DNA of 51,199 nt from Trichinella spiralis. Lineage: Eukaryota. Below the pieces are notes generated by a model. The model saw nothing but the letters and a program-made list of their open reading frames with translations, had not been told where the DNA came from and searched no databases. This document shows positions 43,294 through 51,199 of the stretch, piece after piece. How positions within the stretch are numbered: position 1 is the stretch's first letter; each line of letters begins with the position of its first letter. The stretch covers positions 1,463,428-1,514,626 of the forward strand of contig NW_003526948.1 in NCBI RefSeq assembly GCF_000181795.1. The letters are read 5' to 3'. Position numbers and translations under genes: made by a program.

Positions 43294-43710
43294 TGTAGCA
43301 GATGCAGGCCGACAACTAACAACTGCTGTGCTTCTCTAGATAACGAAGAAGAGGAAGAAGAACAAAGCTACCGTAAGCCGACCGGTACTTGAATATCAGG
43401 AAGGAGTACGGTGGAACGGATTATTATTAGCAGCGAGTCTGGTGTCTGGCGTTTGCGATATACGGTGGTGGTCGTTGTTGCTATTGTGAATAAATACTGT
43501 ATTCTTGTTCTGTGCTTTGAGTGCGAGAATGTTACCAACAAAGCGTGAATTAGGAAAAAGGGGCGGCAGGGCCGGTAGTAACCGGACGGACGATACAGAC
43601 GCGGAGATGAACTCGCAGGTCAACACCGGCGCGTCGCCATTCGGTGATGACTGTGACAGCAACCCTGTTGAGGCGACGAATGAGCCCGCCCGGGAGAACG
43701 GCTTGTTACA
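43294..43710. mobile_element. Solo LTR of an LTR retrotransposon (417 bp, TG...CA, 4-bp TSD AACT)
   Basis: GC-rich island starting TGTAGCA and ending TGTTACA (imperfect inverted termini, 6/7). Flanked by AACT at 43290-43293 and 43711-43714. Internal AATAAA at 43489-43494. No gag/pol sequence adjacent. Confidence 0.82.
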
Positions 43711-44077
43711 AACTGCTAAGTCTTATCAATTAATATGAGATTTATAATTATAGTAATTACGTTGTAATGGCCTTTTTATATTGATAAAATGTTTACCAAT
43801 ATAAAAATTAATGTAGAACAATGATTATACTGCAAACCCAGTTTTGCTTATTTTTGCTGTTTTTACAGTAAGTTTATTGAACCTTACCATCATATAGCAT
43901 ACTATAATACCGACTTGTTCATTTACATTTATTTTAATTTAAAGCTTTGACGAAATAAATTAGTGGGTACATCATTACTTTTTGAGAGTTTTATATTTTA
44001 ATTCTATATTAATATTTTTTAACAGTTCTTGGTCGTCGGTGTAAATAAGAATTTTGTAACAGCGTTATTTGCTTGCA

Positions 44078-45938
44078 ATGTGTGAAAAGGGTCGAATTGC
44101 ATTTCTTCATCCCGATCTTGGCATTGGAGGGGCCGAAAGGTTAGTTGTTGATGCAGCTTTATCGCTGAAAAAATCTGGTTATGATGTTTGCCTTTTTACT
44201 TCTCACCACGACCTGCAGCACTGTTTTCCTGAAACGGCAAATGGAACTCTCAGTGTTGTTGTATCTGGTGATTTTATTCCCCGTTCTATATTTGGAAAAT
44301 GTAACGCTGTATGTGCATATTTACGTATGATATGGCTTGGTCTATTTGTGTTGCTTTTTTCGAAATTTCGTTTTGATGTTGCATTTGTGGACCAAATATC
44401 TGTCGTTGTTCCACTTTTACGTTTGTTTAGTCGAGGGAAGATCATTTTCTATTGTCACTTTCCCGATCAGCTACTCAGTGAACGATCGTCTATAGTGAAA
44501 TCTTTTTATCGATTTCCAATTGATCAGTTAGAAGATTATTCTACAAGCATTGCTCATTGCATTCTTGTAAACAGCAAATTTACACGTGAGTATTTTATTG
44601 TTGAATGTTATGAAAATTCATTGATTGTGAGCATGCTGAACTTATGCATCTTATTTCTAATCGATTTGTGTAATTATTATTTATTTGCATTATTTATTAT
44701 ATATATGTATAATTTATTTAGACTTTATTTTAAGCCCTGAATGATAATGTTTGATGCTTGATGATATGAAATTACTATTGATAAAATGTGAAATATGCAT
44801 TATCATTCCTTATCTAAAATTTTTTTGCTGTTTTAGTTTATTTATAATATTGGGATTTAAAAAATTGTTTAAATTTTAATTATTATTGATTTACAGTTAT
44901 TTGCTTTCCAATACGAGAAGGAAGAAAATTGCTTTTGAACGTTTGGATGGGTTAGTTACGTTCGTAAGACTTTTAAATATCATTTGCAAGCAAGATATTG
45001 CGTATATCGCAATGTAAGCGGAATAACATGAAAACAGTAATAGTGGTTCTGGTTCTTAGAATGTAATAAGAGTTTTATTATGAAATTGTTTTTCTTTAAT
45101 TTAATATGAACTTTTGTATTGTATTGTTTTGTTTTGTATTTAGACGAGGTATGCCGTAAAACGTTCAAGTCATTTGAAAGACATTCGTGTGTGCATGTAT
45201 TGTATCCAAGTTTTAATGCCTCATTATTGTCGGTTGAAAAGTTATCGCCGATTTCTGAAACTGTGGTACCACGAAATCGAAAATACTATTTTTTGTCTTT
45301 GAATCGGTTCGAGCCGAAAAAAAATGTCGAATTAGCTATTTATGCATTCCGTAAGTAGATGGTGGTTGTTTTCTTCTTGCTTTTTGATTGGGGTTTGATA
45401 ACATTTGATGTGACTTTTAGTAAATTTGCGAGAAACCTTGACTGAAGAGTACAGAGACGCAGTGCAGCTAGTTGTTGCCGGTGGATATGATCCACAGTTG
45501 AAGATAAATTTGGATTATTTTGCACATCTGTTGAAGTTGTGTAAAAGATTACATTTAAATAATTTTGTTTCATTTGTCGAATCACCCACGGAAGAACTGA
45601 AAATATCATTGATTTCAAATTGTACTGCACTGCTATATACACCATCGAATGAACATTTTGGTATTGTGCCATTGGAGGCAATGTATTGTCAGGTGCCGGT
45701 GATTGCATGCAATTCAGGAGGTCCAATGGAAACTGTTTTGCATGAAAAAACTGGCTATTTAGTTCCTTCTGACCCTCAAGCATTTGCTGATGTGATGATA
45801 AAATTTGTTGAAGATGCAACACTGAAAACCAAATTTGGTCAAGCTGGACGTGAGTGGGTTTTGAAAAAATTTGGCCCTGATCAGTTTGATTTTCAGTTGT
45901 GTAAAATTGTCGACGACATGCTGAACAGTGCCTGCTGA
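44078..45938 (+). CDS. ALG2: Alpha-1,3/1,6-mannosyltransferase ALG2, 3 exons (44078-44585, 45144-45350, 45421-45938)
   Basis: IAFLHPDLGIGGAERLVVDAA, HHD..HCF.ET, VDQIS, IFYCHFPDQLL, LVNSKFT, FLSLNRFEPKKN, VAGGYD, LLYTPSNEHFGIVPLEAM and NSGGPMETV are diagnostic ALG2 (GT4) motifs. Confidence 0.96.
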
Positions 45939-46150
45939 TTTGCACCATTCCTCATTATATATTCTTATTTATTTTTTTTGGTATCCTTATAAATATTCTT
46001 GTAATTATTTACAGTAGAAGTTGGAGGAAAGAGAAAGTAATTTGTGTTCTTTTTGTGCTTATTTCGTTTGTTCGAACAGCTTTACACTGCTGTCACGTGA
46101 TCCTTATTGTGTTGATGTTATAACTTATTCAATTGTTGGTTGCAGTGGAG

Positions 46151-47927
46151 ATGCTGAGTGGACGAGTTGCTTTGGTAACCGGAGCGTCTCGGGGCATTGG
46201 GCGTGGCGTAGCGTTGCAACTCGGCGAAGCTGGTGCCACAGTTTACATTACAAGTAATGAATTTCAAGTTTTCTTCTGCTGTATTTGTTGAGAAACTATT
46301 TTTAGGTCGTCCTGTTGACAAATCTGACAGTTCTGAAATTGCTGATTTGCCTACACTTGAGAAAACTGCTGAAGAAGTATATATTTTATTATTTATAAAG
46401 AAATTTTTTTCAGAATTATAGCGGTTTGGTTCAAACATATTATATATTGCATTTATCCTGCGTTCTAATATACTGTAGTAGTAGTACGATACTCGAAGTA
46501 AAATCTGCCTAAGCGCTACAGAATATTCAGTAATTTTAGAAATTAGTTTGCTTTTGAAAAGTAAGAGCAAATTTAAGCATATTTTGAATAAACATAAAAG
46601 CAAATGTTTAATGAAAATTTTGCGATTTGTATTTTATTTGAAAAATATTTATTGCATGTCATTTGGAAACAGAGATAAGTAATGCGCATATTCAGGTAAA
46701 CGGAAGGGGTGGTAAAGCGATTGCAGTTTATTGTGACCATTCCAAAGATGAGGAGATTAAAGCATTGTTTCAAAGAATTGAAGAAGAACAAAATGGTCAG
46801 CTTGACATATTGGTAAACAACGCCTATTCAGGAATAAAGGTAATTAGTATTCCATCTTGTCATCAATTAATTAATATATATAATTAATAATTATTATTTT
46901 GAAATTTTTATTGAAAAATAGGCAATTGCGAATTGCATTGGAAAAAAATTTTGGGAATGTGAACCAGAGATTTGGGATGATATTAATAATACTGGACTTC
47001 GAAATCATTACATATGTTCCGTATATGCGGCAAGATTGATGGTACCGAGAAAAAGTGGACTTATTGTGACAATTTCATCAGTTGGCGGTTTACGTTATTT
47101 ATTTAATGTACCATATGGCGTTGGAAAAGCAGCAGTATGTTTGTTGTAAACAATATGTATATATGATTATTGCTTAAATAATATTCCCGAATAGTGCGAT
47201 CGAATGGCTGTCGACTGTGCAGAAGAGCTCAAAGCTGAAAATGTAGCTTACATAAGCATTTGGCCAGGTGCTGTTCAGACAGAATTGATTTTGAATAATT
47301 TGGATACAGTGAGCGAAATGGCAGTTGGTAGTTTCGACAAAGTAATCAGAATATATATCGTGTTCTGCTGTATTATATTATATTATATTATATTATATTA
47401 TATTATATTATATTATATTATATTATATTATATTGTATTATATTATATTGTATTATTAGTCTTTGTATTCAGTAAAGTTAAACTGCTTTTCAGGAAACGG
47501 TAAAAAACATCTTCATCAATGGAGAAAGCACTGAATATGTTGGCAAAGCAGTTGTTCATCTCGCAGCGGGTAATTATTATTTTCGTAAAACATATCTGCA
47601 AATGGATTGCATTTATTATTGCATTTGATAATGGCAGACAAAGATGTAATTAAACGAACTGGGCGTGTTTACTTTACTGCTGACATTGGACGAGAATATG
47701 GTTTCGTAGACGTGAACAGTAAGAAACTTCAGTAGTCAGATAAAAATTTATTTTTTGTCATTCAGCTTTTAAGCATTATAATTTATTTTATAGATAGATC
47801 AATAAATAGCATACGCTCGTTGAAACACATATTGTCGATGAGTAATTATCGTAAGATGGCGTGGGCAGTACCTGCTTGGATTCGCATACCAGGTTGGCTT
47901 ATGACGGCCGCTTGTTCGAAGTTATAA
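46151..47927 (+). CDS. DHRS1: Short-chain dehydrogenase/reductase DHRS1-like, about 8 exons
   Basis: [116 protein letters not shown] and [16 protein letters not shown]. Ends ..[10 protein letters not shown] (TAA 47925-47927). Confidence 0.93.
47371..47455. repeat. (TATAT)n microsatellite within a DHRS1 intron
   Basis: Seen directly, with a few G variants. Confidence 0.9.
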
Positions 47928-48169
47928 GTAATGAGAAAAAGATATAAATATAAAACCTTATTAAATAATAGAGAAATGGAATATTTCCTTTTATATAAAC
48001 TGTTATGAAATGTTTCAAAATGGAAGAATTATTATATGATAAATTGATTACTTCTGAAAAATTGATTTCAGGCTATTAACCAAAATTGTAATTTTGAGTT
48101 GAAATAAGTGTTCCATTATTAGCAGCTGTTGCTTGTCGATTTATCTTTTTGAGCTCAACTGTTCAAGCT

Positions 48170-48956
48170 TATAGCCTATGAAATTTTGAAATATTCGGGA
48201 AAATTTTATTCTCATCAAAATGACTTGAATTGCTTTGAATCGATCAGAAACGAATAGAGAACTGCTACAAACTTATCTACACTCTTCCTAGTTGCCTATT
48301 CGTCCAGAATATCTACAACACATTTTTAGCATCTTGAAATGTATTTTTCTTTTTTCTTTTTTTTAAGTCGATTACTGTAACAAATAAAAAGTGATAAATT
48401 TTCAATTAAGAAAAAAATTGCACTTTTAATTCATCGATGCATTAACTAAAAGAAAAAGTCCAATAATAGGCAAGGACCAAACTCTTTTGTTATGCAATTC
48501 TTCATCAGTCACAGTAAAGTAAATAGCATTGCACACACAACGCACATCGTTCAACATCAATCACTGCAACTGAATAGACATAAGTGAACGGAGAACAACA
48601 AAGTGCAAATTTCCATGAAACCATTCTCAAGCAAGCAGGAAACAAGTGTTTGCTATATTTATAACGATACATAAGCAATGTGCCAAATTTAGAGGTCCAT
48701 TATTCCACAACTACTAGACACATTCCCACAACAAACTTTGCAAAACATTATCATTAATCAATGCAAATGCCAGAAGAGCGAATTTCGAAAAAAGTTGTTT
48801 CGTAGTTCTTCAAAGAAAACAAGTCTATAGTCTATAGCCTATGAAATTTGCAATTTGTGAGAAAATTCTTGGAATCCAAAAATGGACTTTATGGGCATCA
48901 ATCGATCGGAATTGAATAGAGAAGTACAACAAATTTATCCCCGCAATTCCTAGTTA
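48170..48956. repeat. Pair of diverged ~125-bp direct repeats (48170-48294 and 48833-48956)
   Basis: Both read tatagcctatgaaattt..gaaaatt..aaaatg..aatcgatc.gaa..gaatagagaa...acaaa.ttatc....ttcctagtt with colinear spacing. Confidence 0.7.
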
Positions 48957-50265
48957 CATGGTTCTCGAGATATCCCAAATCAAGTGGCTCGCTTAACTAT
49001 GTATTGAGATAGAAAAAGTGCGAAATTTAAAAGCAAATTATTCCACAATAACTGGACAAATTTCGTCCAAACCCTGCATTTCTTATTGCCGAGCAATGAA
49101 AAATGTACAGTAGCCACATTTATCAGCAGAAATGAAGAAAATAAAAATTTGCATGCGAGGTCGTTTGCTTTATTGACATAATAGAAATCATTTCAGTTTG
49201 AGGGCGTCCGTGGATGGTAGCTCAGTGTTTTGATTGGAAAATTGACTGAAGGCAAACATTGAAGCCGAACACTATTTTTGCTTTTAATTCATTATTATTT
49301 TTTGGAATAATTTCTAAAAAATAATTTTTCAATCAACATCCAAAGAACATGAATATCAAAAACGAGAATACAGCGCATTTAGCAGTAAGTGGCAGATTTT
49401 TATTCCTAAGTTTTAATCAGTTAACAATATAATTGAGAATCGATATTGAGCATAATTTCTCAATATATTTTCTATGAAAAATTCTCAACATGAGGTGACA
49501 TTATAAACGCCAAATTTCCGTACAGCTAAGTTGGATAAAATACACCCTGTACGCATTGTTTATATATTATTAAAATATGGTCTTTCGCAAATCACCTTTG
49601 CAATAGCTAACATGCACATTCAATTGACCATAAGCAAGCTTTTGCCCGGAAATTGTTCACTTAAAATTAGCCTCATTTCAGCTACTTGTTTTTCTGATTT
49701 AAGAAAATTTTCAAAAATACGTAGGTGTGTTTTGTCTAAATGAATTTTGCTTTGTTATGGCGTTTTTTGTCAGATAGTTTATATTTTGACTGAATTGTAA
49801 ACGTCAAGGTCATTTTTAAATTTTCAAATAGTCGCTTTTTTATTGGTAGAATTGAAGAAGTGCATTTCTTCGGTTCATATTGTAACGTGGCTTAGCTTAG
49901 AATTTACCTTCAGCCAAAACTTCTAACACACTAAAAACCGGTTTCTAACGCTGCATTATGCAAATAAGGATCGTTACAACGCTGCCTTATCATCAATAAG
50001 GGTGCGTTTGTTTGTTTAATTTACGTGGCAATTGGTAGCATCGTTGAACGTTCTCTGAGTTCATTACGGGCGTTAAGTAGCTGCTGAAGGCCGCTTCAGA
50101 TTTACAGACAAGTATTCCACTTTTCTGCTTGTCATTTTTTTAAATTTTGTTTACTTATTTTGTGAACAATTATTTTTTAATTAGATAGCACTTTATTATT
50201 ATATTTGTTGTAAATCTATTTTGTGATAAAGTGAGGATAGTTTTGATTTAATATCATTATTACAG

Positions 50266-51199
50266 GTTTAAAGAATGGAGCAAAGAAAATGTGAAAACAC
50301 GGACGGCACGAAGCAGAACAAGAGAAGGCAAAAGGTAAATGTGATTTCTTGTGCATCTGTGAAGCAGGGCTAAGGATACTTCGAAAGGGTGAAGTTATTC
50401 CTTAGTTTAATAAAATGACCCAAGTTTGTAGTATGTAGTATATGAGTGAGATGTTTTTCACAGCAAAACTGTTCTTTTTGATTTTCATATTAAGATTAGG
50501 TATGACTTCATCTTTAGAAAGATTGAAAATTAATTAACTTTATTTTCACTTTAAATTATTTTTTTCAAATTTCACAGCATCAGAGACATTTGGTAAATTA
50601 CATCTTTTGTTTGATTAAGTTTGTTTGTCAGCATACGCATCGATTGTGCTTATATTTTAGTGAAAACATTATGCGATGAGTTCCATTTATGTAGGTCATT
50701 CGCTGTGCTTGAGGTTTGAATTTTCCTAATTTCATAGCGTCCGGTTAGAATTAATTCCTCGTCCAGAAAATTTTCCAATCAACTCAAACCGATTTCTATT
50801 GCTACAGTATGCAAATGAGTATCGCTTGAAAATTATCAATCAGTAATGGTGCGCTTGTTTGTTTGACTTGCGTGGCATGTAACAGCATCGTCAAACGTCA
50901 AACGTTCCCGTTAAGTAACTACTGAAGTCGGTTTTTAATTGTTGAAAGTATTTAAAGTTTTCTCGTTCTTACTTTTTTTCGAAACTCTCTGTATATAATC
51001 ATTTTGTTAAGGTTATCTTTAATTGAAAATCAGTTACTTCTTTCATTTCAAAATTCTTTGTTCAATTTTTTAATTCCACTGTGTAATAAAGTGCGAAAAG
51101 TTAAGATTTAACATTTACCATTCTTACAGATATGATCAATGAAGAAAAGAAGAAGTGAAAACGCGGACAACACGAAGCATATCGCGGACGGCACGAAGC
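50266..51199 (+). other. Exon-like segments of an unidentified gene running off the right edge
   Basis: ttacag acceptors end at 50265 and 51129, with a donor aag|gtaaat after 50334. Both segments carry the motif GTGAAAAC(A/G)CGGAC..CACGAAGCA (MEQRKCENTDGTKQ.. and MKKRRSENADNTKHIADGTK..). Confidence 0.35.

Noticed and set aside
43396..43738. ORFs of 77 and 88 aa in the GC-rich island; also considered as an snRNA gene
   Set aside because: They overlap the solo LTR and start at non-ATG codons. No U-snRNA signature matched, and the TG..CA ends plus TSD explain the island better.
45340..45948. 202-aa minus-strand ORF
   Set aside because: Antisense shadow of the last ALG2 exon.

Overview
AT-rich eukaryotic genomic DNA with many short (~55-90 nt) GT-AG introns and (TATAT)n/(AAT)n microsatellites. 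Gene content and intron style point to a nematode, most likely a clade I species such as Trichinella (inference). Manually spliced genes in order: a possible 3' end of an upstream gene, UBE2J1 (-), a ~9.6 kb apparently gene-free stretch, an intronless 510-aa globin with an N-myristoylation motif (+), an intronless divergent RPB7 (-), head-to-head HSP10 (-)/HSP60 (+) sharing a promoter with a four-unit HSE, an SLC38A10-like transporter (+), CWC27 cyclophilin (+), fatty acid 2-hydroxylase (+), a UPF1/SMG-2-like helicase (+), a 349-bp tandem duplication, a 417-bp solo LTR with a 4-bp TSD, ALG2 (+) closely followed by DHRS1 (+), and exon-like fragments at the right edge. The most interesting feature is the UPF1-like gene, which keeps all helicase motifs and the C-terminal LSQD site but apparently lacks the N-terminal CH (UPF2-binding) domain. 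The intronless RPB7 (candidate retro-paralog), the chimeric globin and the solo LTR upstream of ALG2 are also notable. Exon boundaries were read by eye and homologies come from recalled sequences, not database searches.
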